Shown: positions 1 to 8,693 of the stretch, in pieces
Layout of the letters: each line of letters begins with the position of its first letter
Numbering within the stretch: the first letter of the stretch is position 1
IMG/VR virus record: IMGVR_UViG_3300030673_000004
Location: 1-64,000 of that record
Strand: one strand, 5' to 3'
Length of the DNA stretch: 64,000 nucleotides
Program-made: the position numbers and the translations under genes
The notes under the pieces: generated by a model
Database searches by the model: none
What the model saw: only the letters and a program-made list of their open reading frames with translations
What the model was told of the DNA's origin: nothing

Positions 1-60
1 ACAAGCCATTTTTATTTCCTTCATCTGTTGTTTACCCCCCCCCCCATGTTGAATTAACAG

Positions 61-291
61 TTACTTTTCAGAAAACCACTTACCCGTAAGATTTGGGCTC
101 CTGCCGTTACGAACCTCTTCCTGCATACGGCGAGAATCCAAGTCAAACAACCGAGCACAAGCACAAGAAAACGGTACGTCGTGGTCAACACCCATGTGCC
201 TACACGTGAAGCCACAGCTCTGCTTAAACGGGCACACGGTATGAGCGGGAATCCTACCTTCTACCAGATTAGTCTTCACTGTGGTTTCCAT
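61..291 (-). CDS. small Cys-rich hypothetical protein
   Basis: ORF 61..324 with start moved to ATG at 291, just downstream of the AAGGAG SD in the repeated promoter cassette. Confidence 0.55.
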   Translation of the reverse strand: METTVKTNLVEGRIPAHTVCPFKQSCGFTCRHMGVDHDVPFSCACARLFDLDSRRMQEEVRNGRSPNLTGKWFSEK

Positions 292-297
292 TAGAGT

Positions 298-352
298 AAC
301 TCCTTGTTGAGGTGACAAGAACAAATATACATTAATTTTGTATGTTTGTCAA
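298..352 (-). promoter_or_regulatory. repeated sigma70 promoter-leader-SD cassette, copy 1
   Basis: Minus strand TTGACA(352-347)-17 nt-TATATT(329-324)-short stem-AAGGAG; 55 bp identical to 8694-8748. Confidence 0.85.
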
Positions 353-364
353 CACAATAAGTAG

Positions 365-391
365 AAAAATAGGGCTGGAGGCAGCCCTATT
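365..391 (-). terminator. intrinsic terminator after glycosyltransferase
   Basis: AATAGGGCTG/CAGCCCTATT stem followed by a T run on the minus strand. Confidence 0.7.
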
Positions 392-398
392 AGAATAG

Positions 399-1529
399 TT
401 ACTTCAACCAATCATACCAAGTAGCAGCAGACTCCGCGACATACTGCCTAAGCGTAGCTCTATTTGTAGATACGTTGTTGAACGGATTCTCTAGAGCATC
501 CCCAATAGCCTCTACAATACTAAAAACAGATGTAGGGTCTGCAGTACCTTCTGTTGCAAACGGTACCTCGGTAGATGTTACAATAGGGGTCCCGGCACGA
601 AGAGCATCAGCACTAACTAGATTAAATGTCTCCGTAAAGGATACTTGAAGAGAAACATCCATCTGCGCTAGAACCGCAAGAAAATCCTCAGAACTGCACC
701 AAGGTATCTCAATAAGCTCGGCATCTGACAGAGGATCAAAGAAGGAGCGCAAATTCTTTAACGTGTTCAAACCAGACATCTCAATGCGACCAGCGTTAAT
801 ATAAAACTTTAGATATTTTCCCTGTTGATGCGCATAAGCATAAGCAGCGATAGCCTGAGTTAACTGGTTCTTCAAAGGACGAATAGCACCAAAGCACCCA
901 ATACTTAAAGTATCTTCCAAATCCAGAGTACGCTCATCTGGTAATTCCTTCAAATTAACAGGGTAGCTATTAGGCAAAAAAGCTACCAAGGAAGGATCAA
1001 AACCTTGACCTAGTGCAAAGATAGATAAATCCGCAGAGTTACGAGGACTATTACCAGCTACATAAACACCACGAGCTAAATAGCCAGATGTCCATGCCAG
1101 AGCGATTCCTTCCCCAGCTAAAAATGCAATCTCTGAGTGACAGCGCACAACCCACGTTACACCAGGATGCAACTGCTTCAAAATATCAAATTTCTCGGGC
1201 ACAACCCAATAACCCTCAATGAAAACATGGGTTGCTTGGAACTGAGATACTTCACGATCTATGTCATTATTATCAGTAACAACAATAACCTTAGTAGCGG
1301 CACCATGCGCTGTAAGCATATCAGCAACATAGCCAGCAGAGTGCCACATACCAGTAGCAACTGTCTTTTCATGAAAGTTAGAAAGATCTACACTATAGTC
1401 TTCCCTACGCTTCAGAATAAACAGAGCACGAACATTCCGCAAGGATTTCGTGTCAACAGGTTTATGCTCATGGTGACTATGTCCATAGCCAACAGCAGCA
1501 CGAATATGATTAACTAAACGACTAAGCAT
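399..1529 (-). CDS. GT-B (GT4-like) glycosyltransferase
   Basis: GCFGAIRPLKNQ and SFTETFNLVSADALRAGTPIVTS (E-x7-D nucleotide-sugar motif). Confidence 0.75.
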   Translation of the reverse strand: MLSRLVNHIRAAVGYGHSHHEHKPVDTKSLRNVRALFILKRREDYSVDLSNFHEKTVATGMWHSAGYVADMLTAHGAATKVIVVTDNNDIDREVSQFQATHVFIEGYWVVPEKFDILKQLHPGVTWVVRCHSEIAFLAGEGIALAWTSGYLARGVYVAGNSPRNSADLSIFALGQGFDPSLVAFLPNSYPVNLKELPDERTLDLEDTLSIGCFGAIRPLKNQLTQAIAAYAYAHQQGKYLKFYINAGRIEMSGLNTLKNLRSFFDPLSDAELIEIPWCSSEDFLAVLAQMDVSLQVSFTETFNLVSADALRAGTPIVTSTEVPFATEGTADPTSVFSIVEAIGDALENPFNNVSTNRATLRQYVAESAATWYDWLK

Positions 1530-1530
1530 G

Positions 1531-1572
1531 GTAAAACTCCCTTAGGAAAACAGTTCCTAAAAGAAGTTTTAC
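1531..1572 (-). promoter_or_regulatory. hairpin occluding the SD of the glycosyltransferase gene
   Basis: GTAAAACTTCTTTTAGGAA-CTGTT-TTCCTAAGGGAGTTTTAC ends 1 nt before the ATG. Confidence 0.6.
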
Positions 1573-1630
1573 TACTCATGCTAGCTTAAAACAGGTTAAC
1601 GTATTAAAAATACGTTAAGTTTTGTTAGTT

Positions 1631-2089
1631 TCAAAAGCTACCAGGAAATAGCTGATGCACACGTGGATTAAACTGACGGTATGTAACAAAAGCGTCACGA
1701 ACACCAGGCCAAAGACTCGGATCAAAGCCGGGAACACTTTTGTCCTCAAAAATAAGATTGTAGTAAAACTTTATATCAAAGCATCCGGTTTTTGTATTAG
1801 GCACTTCAGGATTTTCGTTGAAGTACTTAATATCTATATCATGTTCGCGAAACAGCTTGAAATACGCTGCATAGTCTTTAGGATGACAGCAGCTATACAG
1901 AATGATACACACCTCAGGAAGATGGGATATTACCTGCAACGGTTGAATGGCCACGGAATACAAAGAGTGAGATACATGCAGATAATCACTATCGGCAACA
2001 GTGCCATGTATATCTAAGGCTAAGTACATCCGGCCAAATGATTTCAAATTAAATTGATCATAAGCATGCCGAATAGATTCAAAACTCAC
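1631..2089 (-). CDS. HAD-superfamily hydrolase-like protein
   Basis: N-terminal LALDIHGTV (degenerate DxDGT), ILYSC, FEDK. Confidence 0.6.
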   Translation of the reverse strand: MSFESIRHAYDQFNLKSFGRMYLALDIHGTVADSDYLHVSHSLYSVAIQPLQVISHLPEVCIILYSCCHPKDYAAYFKLFREHDIDIKYFNENPEVPNTKTGCFDIKFYYNLIFEDKSVPGFDPSLWPGVRDAFVTYRQFNPRVHQLFPGSF

Positions 2090-2526
2090 GGCGTGCCACC
2101 AAGATCTGTGATATGCTTTGCTTCGGATAAAGCATTGTCCAGAGAACGCTTAGCTGCTGCTGTATGATCGCATGTAGCTTGAACGCTGGTTGCCATCTTT
2201 GCCATCTGGGCTTGCTGAGCAGCGTTAGCCGCATATTCTGACATCTTACTGCGGGCCGCTCGAATACGGGCGTCATCTAAGACAAGGGAACCACCAAAGG
2301 GAATAGAGCTAATACCACTGATACCTGGAGTCGGTGTAGAACTTGTAGCCTGAAGCAATTCATTTTGCAATGAATCAACAACAGCCTCAACAGAATCTGC
2401 CTCCAACAAAGCAATAGCAGCCTTTTGCTCATCCGTTGGACCAAAGCAGCTACGGATATTATCCAGACCATAACCACTGAGAATCAAGGCACCAAAAGCA
2501 CCGCAAACCTGTTTCTTCCAATCCAT
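2086..2526 (-). CDS. hypothetical protein
   Basis: 146-aa ORF with GGGG SD; stop overlaps the next start. Confidence 0.55.
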   Translation of the reverse strand: MDWKKQVCGAFGALILSGYGLDNIRSCFGPTDEQKAAIALLEADSVEAVVDSLQNELLQATSSTPTPGISGISSIPFGGSLVLDDARIRAARSKMSEYAANAAQQAQMAKMATSVQATCDHTAAAKRSLDNALSEAKHITDLGGTP

Positions 2527-2545
2527 TTTGAAAACCCCCTAAGGA

Positions 2546-2754
2546 TCAAAAAAGCACAATGTCTTTCAAAATAGTATCCTTACTATCTGTAAGAGACAAC
2601 TTACTACCAGGCGTTTCAGCTAATGTAGTTGATAGTACCTTATACGTAAAGATAGATCGCTTAATCATCTCTGACCAGAGATCCCGCGAGATACCGCCAA
2701 AGTACTCAGGAACTCCTCTATCTTAGGTGCAAGCTCAACTGTGTACTGGGACAT
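2546..2754 (-). pseudogene. small ribbon-helix-helix-like protein with a 1-nt frameshift near 2676
   Basis: MSQYTVELAPKIEEFLSTLAVSRGIS continues in another frame as SEMIKRSIFTYKVL...ILKDIVLF*; fills the gap between neighbours and is absent from the ORF track. Confidence 0.5.
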
Positions 2755-2756
2755 AG

Positions 2757-3773
2757 TTAGACCTCATGAGTAAAACAGGAACGGTAGTTTCTCAATTCAT
2801 CAGCAGCATGCTGGATATAAAGATCATCCAGCCAATCGGACCAAAACGTATAATCAGGCGCAGGCAGATTGTTTGGAATCTCACGAACTCGAAGAATCTC
2901 ATCAGCAATCCACGCCTCAATGAATGGCCGGGACCACTCATTAGCACGAACGCGAAGCAACTCAGCACGACGAGGAGATGGGAGAGTAATACGCCCCGTC
3001 GTCAGATACTCCTCAAGTTCCCACACAACACGAAGAGCATGGTAATAAGCTTTAAGATCCGTTCCATCAGCAGCGGCTGCAGCTTTTGCACGGTCCCCGA
3101 AAGCATTCAATTTATTCACAAGAATAGGATACACTTCAGCCAAACTACGTCCCAGGGGGAAGGCACAATCAGGACCATACAGGTACATCTCACCAGCCTG
3201 AGCACCACGACGAGGTTCTACCGAGAAATGAGTCAGCCCCTCAAAGACACCTGTGTCAACAAACGACTTGAGTTTAAGGTTCACGTGATCACCTTGCGTG
3301 AACGAACCTGTATAAGACAAACAAGCATCCTGCACATGAAGCAATTCGTTGTACTTTTCACCCTTAGCAGAATACTTAGCGGCCTGACCTCGACAGTAAC
3401 CAATGAAGGGCATTACGATATTCGTCTGCAGCTTTTCACGATGCTCTAAAATGTAGTCCCACACAAAAGACGTGAAGATCAGACACGACTTTGGAGCATG
3501 CAGCAACTCCAGAACATAAGTCTGGCCACCAAGAGCCTGTTTGATGAAATGCCGCAAATCATAACACTTATCGTCCACGTCTGACGCGGTATTCTTCGTC
3601 GCCTTATTCGTGCCGTCTTCACGAGCAGGTACATACAAGTGATTAATCAACCGGCGCGAGTCTGCCATGAAGATATTGACAAAATCCGTGTCACTCTCAG
3701 GTGTGTTAGTTCCAAACAAGCGGGATCCGAAGATTACCTTTGAGATAGTACGGCCAAGAGGTAAGTTTTCCAC
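2757..3773 (-). CDS. DNA polymerase beta-superfamily nucleotidyltransferase (T4 NrdC.11/RlaP-like)
   Basis: FGSRLFGTNTPESDTD (GS...DxD) and DLKAYYHALRV; GTG start after the cassette SD. Confidence 0.8.
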   Translation of the reverse strand: MENLPLGRTISKVIFGSRLFGTNTPESDTDFVNIFMADSRRLINHLYVPAREDGTNKATKNTASDVDDKCYDLRHFIKQALGGQTYVLELLHAPKSCLIFTSFVWDYILEHREKLQTNIVMPFIGYCRGQAAKYSAKGEKYNELLHVQDACLSYTGSFTQGDHVNLKLKSFVDTGVFEGLTHFSVEPRRGAQAGEMYLYGPDCAFPLGRSLAEVYPILVNKLNAFGDRAKAAAAADGTDLKAYYHALRVVWELEEYLTTGRITLPSPRRAELLRVRANEWSRPFIEAWIADEILRVREIPNNLPAPDYTFWSDWLDDLYIQHAADELRNYRSCFTHEV

Positions 3774-3780
3774 GAAGTGC

Positions 3781-3832
3781 TCCTTGTTGAGGTGACAAGG
3801 AACAATATACATTAATTATGCTTAGCTGTCAA
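3781..3832 (-). promoter_or_regulatory. repeated sigma70 promoter-leader cassette, diverged copy
   Basis: TTGACA(3832-3827)-17-TATATT(3809-3804) with the same CTTGTCACCTCAACAAGGAG leader. Confidence 0.8.
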
Positions 3833-4048
3833 GTCTTTGCGCTTACCATACAAAGAAATTATAGTATCAAACTGAGCAAGCATATCCTCGTCAGGAATGA
3901 ATCCCGAAGCATCACGATTATTTATCAGATAGTAATCAGGCATACGAAAAGTTAAACAGCGCTTCGTATGATATCTGACTAACAAATGCTGCTGATATTC
4001 ATAAATTGTCTGTGACTGATCAAGACTTCTGTGAGAATCTCGTGTTAC
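3812..4048 (-). pseudogene. coaE: detached 3' end of the dephospho-CoA kinase domain
   Basis: Start-less frame VTRDSHRSLDQSQTIYEYQ...PDYYLINN...*; joins RRVVT at 6219 in frame when the insertion is removed. Confidence 0.7.
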
Positions 4049-4241
4049 TTCAACAAGGCTTCGATTTCGGGTGGCACGTCTTTGTTTTCGGGATTATTTT
4101 CCGCCATCCACCCTGGCCTGTGCTCTGCCACCCACGCAGGATGTATGCAGCCAGCCACTCGGGCTTGAATTTTACCATCCACTCGGGATTGTTCTTGGCT
4201 AAGATCATGCACTGCTTCTCGGTCAAATCACTGATTTTCAT
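4045..4241 (-). pseudogene. cargo gene with 8-aa P-x-W repeats and a 1-nt frameshift near 4142
   Basis: NNPEWMVKFKPEWLAAY continues in another frame as HPAWVAEHRPGWMAENNP...EALLK*; AGGAG SD upstream. Confidence 0.55.
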
Positions 4242-4345
4242 GGTCTTATTCTCCTGTGTTACTTGTCTGTGTTCTCATGTACGTTGTGTAAACTCAGCAC
4301 ATTCTTAATATAATCAAACATTAACTTTTGTCACTACTTCTTTGC

Positions 4346-4915
4346 ATGAAGATTAAACTTAGTACTTACGCAAAGAATAACGGCATCCACTATCAGACAG
4401 CTTGGCGGTGGTTTCAGAAAGGTTTAATTCCGGGTGCTACTCAAGCACCAACAGGTACTGTCTTCATAGAAGAGCCAGCAACAGCAACAGCATTAAAGCC
4501 TGTAGTTGTTTGTTACTGTCGGGTATCTAATCAAAGTAGGCGTAAGGAGCTACAGTATCAAGTAGATAGGTGTCTCTCTTATTGCGCTGCTAAAGGCTAC
4601 GCTGTTGATAAAGTGTTCAAAGAAGTTGCTTCCGGCATGAATGACAACCGAAAAGAACTATGGGCAGCTATCAATGCAGAACCAACTATAATTGTGGTTG
4701 AGAATAAAGATCGACTTACTAGATTTGGTTTTAATTACATAGAAAAGTTACTTCTCCCTAAATGTACTATCGAAGTTATATCTCCAGCACAGACAGATGA
4801 ACAAGACCTAATCAAAGATATGATTTCTGTAGTCACATCCTTCTGTTGTCGATTATATGGCTTGCGTAGAGCAAAAAATAAAGTTAATGCTGTAAAAGAA
4901 GCTCTTGAGTTATGA
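4346..4915 (+). CDS. tnpA: IS607 serine-recombinase transposase
   Basis: N-terminal MerR-like HTH (GIHYQTAWRWF), YCRVS catalytic Ser, VVENKDRLTRFG, SFCCRLYGLR. Confidence 0.93.
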   Translation: MKIKLSTYAKNNGIHYQTAWRWFQKGLIPGATQAPTGTVFIEEPATATALKPVVVCYCRVSNQSRRKELQYQVDRCLSYCAAKGYAVDKVFKEVASGMNDNRKELWAAINAEPTIIVVENKDRLTRFGFNYIEKLLLPKCTIEVISPAQTDEQDLIKDMISVVTSFCCRLYGLRRAKNKVNAVKEALEL

Positions 4916-6189
4916 CTTCATTTATTCGCACAAGTCAGCATAGCTTAAAAGACCTTAATAAATGTAAAGCATATGAGCTAAACCTGTTTATCCGTGCTTA
5001 CAGAGAAGCTGTAAATGTTTATGTTGATTTTCTGTGGAATACTAGAATTGAATTTAATACTACTGTTCTTGATGTAAAAGAACATCAGTACAATGTACCA
5101 AAGTTTATACCTAAGCTACTAGAAAATTTTAATACGCTACTAACGTCTAGGGCGTTGAAGTGTGCCTCTACGCAGGCTTGTGGGGTAGTTGCCTCTGTTT
5201 TAGATAAAAGACAGAAAGATGAGAGTAAATTAGAGTGGTTTTATTCTCAAGGTAAAAAGCCATCAGCCGCACTAATTGAAAGATTATCGAAACCACCTGT
5301 ATGTCCTAACACACAAAATATAAACTGCGAACTGAATAGTATTATAGTCAGTGTTGGTGCAGAAATTAATAGTTTTGATTTATGGCTTAATTTTTCAGCG
5401 TTGTTCAAAAGTAAACGAGGTTTTAAGCTGGCTGTGCCCGCTAGGCATCATAGGCAATCTCGGAAATGGCAGGCAAGAGGAAAGTTACTTACATCTATTC
5501 TTTTGAATGAGCACCAATTTAATCTACGTTGGGACGTTGAAGAGCCTAAGAAGCGTACTTCTGGTACTATCGTAGGTGTAGATCAAGGGATTACGGATTT
5601 ATTAACAATATCAAATAATCAAGAGTTTCCAATAGACATTCATGGGTACACACTTACCTCTATTTTGCATAAGATAGCTAGAAAACGTAAAGGGTCTCTA
5701 GCCTTTGCTGCTGCCCAGCAGCACAGAAAGAATTATATTAATTGGTATGTCAAGAAACTTGATTTAGCTGATGTAAAAGAGGTAAAACTCGAAAAGATAA
5801 CAAATATAGGCTACAGAAGAACATCCAGTAGATTTCTTCGTGGCTTTACAAATACGTTGATTAGAGATTCACTAGAACGCCTATGTTTGGAAAGCGGTGT
5901 CCGTTTTTCGCTCATTGACAATGAATTCAATAGTCAACGTTGCAATAAATGCGGTTGGACACAGAAGAGTAATAGAAAAGGTAAGTTGTTTCTTTGTAAA
6001 AACTGTAAGCATGAAGCAGATGCTGATGTAAATGCTTCATGTAACATTTTAATCAGGGATAGCTTAATTCTACTACCTTTTGGGTTCCGTGCTAAAAAGT
6101 TAAACATTAACGGGTTCTTTTGGACTCAAGAACATGTTGCTTTGAAGTACGGGGAAGAGCTTACAGTCCTTCTTAACCGAGAAACTTAA
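4912..6189 (+). CDS. tnpB: TnpB RNA-guided RuvC nuclease
   Basis: RuvC-I VGVDQG, RuvC-II KLEK, Zn ribbon CNKCG..CKNC, RuvC-III DADVNASCNI; ATGA overlap with tnpA. Confidence 0.9.
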   Translation: MTSFIRTSQHSLKDLNKCKAYELNLFIRAYREAVNVYVDFLWNTRIEFNTTVLDVKEHQYNVPKFIPKLLENFNTLLTSRALKCASTQACGVVASVLDKRQKDESKLEWFYSQGKKPSAALIERLSKPPVCPNTQNINCELNSIIVSVGAEINSFDLWLNFSALFKSKRGFKLAVPARHHRQSRKWQARGKLLTSILLNEHQFNLRWDVEEPKKRTSGTIVGVDQGITDLLTISNNQEFPIDIHGYTLTSILHKIARKRKGSLAFAAAQQHRKNYINWYVKKLDLADVKEVKLEKITNIGYRRTSSRFLRGFTNTLIRDSLERLCLESGVRFSLIDNEFNSQRCNKCGWTQKSNRKGKLFLCKNCKHEADADVNASCNILIRDSLILLPFGFRAKKLNINGFFWTQEHVALKYGEELTVLLNRET

Positions 6190-6240
6190 AGTTTATAAAT
6201 ACTTATACTTTAAGTAACTGTTACAACACGTCGCATACAA
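6100..6240 (+). ncRNA. putative TnpB omega RNA (boundaries approximate)
   Basis: Inferred from position at the tnpB 3' end and element right end; hairpin TTAAAGT...ACTTTAA at 6186-6213. Confidence 0.4.
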
Positions 6241-7337
6241 GAGTTCATACTTTCACCGGACTCAACACAAAACCGAAGAGAACAACGATTCCACACAGAG
6301 GGCACGGAAACCATTGGTACCATCTCAAGAATCGTCGGTACATCCGAAACAACACGATCTAAAGCAGATAGCAGAAAAGGTAAGTTCATCGTATTAAACT
6401 TATTCAGCACTTTCCATGGATTGTACCAAGCACCACGAGTAAACAACAAGGAGGTCATTGCTTCAGAATTGTACGAGCCATTAGGAGCAAGAACAGAAAT
6501 ACCATACGGCTCAAAAAAGGCGCAAAGAGCGTCTTTATATGAATCCAACGGACGAACGTACTCTTTGAATACATAATCCGCGCTCACGTATACATAGCCA
6601 CAAGTACTAGCAACTAATCTGGCAAAGTAACTCTTACCGCTGCCAATAGTACCAAAAACTCCAAGGAGATTACGGCAAGTAGCGAGTGACATACCAAATA
6701 AACGAAGTTGCCTAATAGCAGAGCTTGAAATATACGAAAGTTCGGGTGAGCTCACAAAAAAAGTATAAGGCAAAGTCTTTTCTGCTAAGTCAAAAACAAA
6801 CTGCCGCTGCACAAGTTCAGACTTTAGATCCCCTACATCGCGCAAGCCGCGTATAATACTGACTTGATACGAAGGTATAGAGGAGTAATGCTGAAAAACA
6901 TCTGCAAGAGTACCTCTGAACTTAACAGTTTCATAAGACGAGGGAACACCAGGAATAGAAAAAGGGAAAACAGAGAATCCCGATGAAAAAACAGACGAAG
7001 CATTAAGTTTATCTGGATTCTGTCCAATAGCAACAATCACCTTATCAAAAGCATGAGTTGCTTGCTTCACGATATCCAAATGACCTTTATGAAAAGGATT
7101 AAATGAACCAGCGTAGATACCGACACGAAGTGTTTTCTTCTTTAAGCATGCCTCATACGCATCAATTCGTTTGCTATGCTGTCCTTGAAGCAGAGCACGA
7201 ACCAACGAAATATGTCCAGAAACAAACTCAGCATAAGGAAGAAAAGAATACTCAGCATAAATTTTATCGCTATACGATAGTAGGTCCGGAAGATCAGACT
7301 GCAAGACAGAACGATCATACTTATTAAACTTATGCAC
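6210..7337 (-). pseudogene. coaD: HD C-terminal half + phosphopantetheine adenylyltransferase + dephospho-CoA kinase N-terminal part, truncated by IS607
   Basis: YAGSFNPFHKGHLDI, IIRGLR, YISSSAIR (CoaD); GVFGTIGSGKS..SAD (CoaE P-loop). Confidence 0.8.
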
Positions 7338-7362
7338 ATAGGAAGGTGTATCCGGTGTTGCA

Positions 7363-7749
7363 TTAACAAGCTTCGAGCTCGGTCACAAGATCTTGCAAAT
7401 AAGCAGGGACATAGGCATCATTTTCCTTTGACATCTGCTGCATCAGAGCAACAGACGCCTCCTCGTTGTCATTCCGACGAGGATCATAAACTACATCATG
7501 AAACAGGGCTGCCCAGTACATGGCAGTACGAACACACTCAGTAAACATCTGAGTATCCGGTGAGTTTATCTGATCCGCAATGGAATACACGTGTTCCATT
7601 GTATGAAAATGACGATGAGGCTGCGCGTAAGCCTCCTTAAAAAAGGAGCGCCATGCTGGCAGCGCATTCACATAATCAAAAACAAAGTGCTCAGAAGCCA
7701 GGACAAACCTTTCAGCTAGACACACTAAATATACATTAATTTTGTACAC
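7363..7749 (-). pseudogene. HD phosphohydrolase N-terminal half, out of frame with 6210..7337 (start uncertain)
   Basis: YAQPHRHFHTMEH, AALFHDVVYDP, NEEAS motifs. Confidence 0.7.
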
Positions 7750-7756
7750 GTGTCAG
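7728..7756 (-). promoter_or_regulatory. sigma70-type promoter
   Basis: CTGACA-17-TATATT with the AAAATTAATG spacer shared with the cassette. Confidence 0.6.
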
Positions 7757-8047
7757 CTAAGCAGGGAAATTAGCAAAAATAATCTGATCAAATTCTGGTG
7801 TCATTCGCTTAATCTTACCAAGGGATACTGCTCTCCAAGCGTCTCTTAGAGCATACGCATAAGGACTTTGATCGTTGTCCATAAAAGCTTTTTCACAAAG
7901 AATCCGATACAACGGATGGATCCCGATGTCAGACTTAAGCATATCCTCAAACCCAAAGTGCTTAATGAGTATTAGCTCTGCAGCGCTAATTTGCGTACCG
8001 TACCGCATAGTATCACATCCCCAAGTAATCATAAGCAAGCGTGTCAT
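7757..8047 (-). CDS. hypothetical protein
   Basis: ORF packed in a minus-strand gene run. Confidence 0.5.
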   Translation of the reverse strand: MTRLLMITWGCDTMRYGTQISAAELILIKHFGFEDMLKSDIGIHPLYRILCEKAFMDNDQSPYAYALRDAWRAVSLGKIKRMTPEFDQIIFANFPA

Positions 8048-8252
8048 TAATCAGATCTTGGGCAATCCTCACCCAGTTCTCCTTCGTTACTTGTTGAGGC
8101 AGTGCATCGCAGCACACCCGAACTAAGCCATTGCGGAGAAGCTCTTTCTGGGCATAGGCAAAAGCCTTTGCCTTATAGTCTACAGGAGCACTGAGATTAA
8201 CAGACATATCAGGCTTCTTGCGAGTCAAGCGAGAAAGATCAAACAATTCCAT
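8013..8252 (-). CDS. hypothetical protein
   Basis: AAGGAG SD, 79 aa. Confidence 0.55.
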   Translation of the reverse strand: MELFDLSRLTRKKPDMSVNLSAPVDYKAKAFAYAQKELLRNGLVRVCCDALPQQVTKENWVRIAQDLINDTLAYDYLGM

Positions 8253-8264
8253 AGCAAAAACTCC

Positions 8265-8690
8265 TTAGAAAATGGTTTCAATACCCAAAGACTCTTTGGT
8301 TTGCCAATCAGGTTCTGTGATTCCTGAAAGCAAAACAAGCTTTTGACGAATATTGTTATTCCGGGAGAACGAACTCGATACAGGGATAAGATAAGTAGGA
8401 CGGCGATCTTCACTGAGATCAGCCAAATAGTCCAACACAGAATCAAATCCGCCGTCAAGATACACAAGGTCATACTTCTGCATCCCCAAAGCCTTCTGAG
8501 CTGCAAAAATGTCACAAGCGATATCTACAGTGTATGAACCATGCTTCTGTAGAAGCAACGATTCAAGCTTAGCATACTCGCCCTCGAACGAGTAACTCCC
8601 TTTAATTCGGAGATAATGAATACCACCAAAAGAACCCTCATCCTGACACATATTAGCATCGTCATCAATGATCAAAATCTTAAAAGGCAT
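8265..8690 (-). CDS. stand-alone receiver (REC-like) domain protein
   Basis: KILIIDDD ... KYDLVYLD; start moved to ATG at 8690. Confidence 0.6.
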   Translation of the reverse strand: MPFKILIIDDDANMCQDEGSFGGIHYLRIKGSYSFEGEYAKLESLLLQKHGSYTVDIACDIFAAQKALGMQKYDLVYLDGGFDSVLDYLADLSEDRRPTYLIPVSSSFSRNNNIRQKLVLLSGITEPDWQTKESLGIETIF

Positions 8691-8693
8691 TGG

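Larger units (their letters stand above)
4049..6224 (+). mobile_element. IS607-family element (TnpA+TnpB) plus cargo, inserted antisense into coaE
   Basis: TGTTAC at 4043-4048 and 6219-6224; removing 2176 bp restores the coaE frame; a third copy within GTGTTACTT at 4256-4264. Confidence 0.85.

Noticed and set aside
35-46. C12 homopolymer as a phase-variation tract
   Set aside because: Intergenic at the window edge with no context to test; may be a sequencing artefact
291-301. TTAGAGTAACT, identical to half of the candidate NrtR box
   Set aside because: Half-site only, with no inverted arm; probably chance
292-324. Shared N-terminus MFLSPQQGV in ORFs 61..324 and 8265..8720
   Set aside because: It is the translation of the repeated promoter-leader cassette; real starts follow the SD
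4912-6189. TnpB as a Cas12f CRISPR effector, or the Cas4-like gene at 53520-54509 as part of a CRISPR locus
   Set aside because: No repeat-spacer array or cas1/cas2 seen; TnpB is coupled to IS607 TnpA; solo Cas4-like nucleases are common in phages
4049-6224. IStron (self-splicing intron-IS hybrid) that would restore coaE
   Set aside because: The element is antisense to the host gene, and the left segment holds a small ORF rather than a recognisable group I intron core
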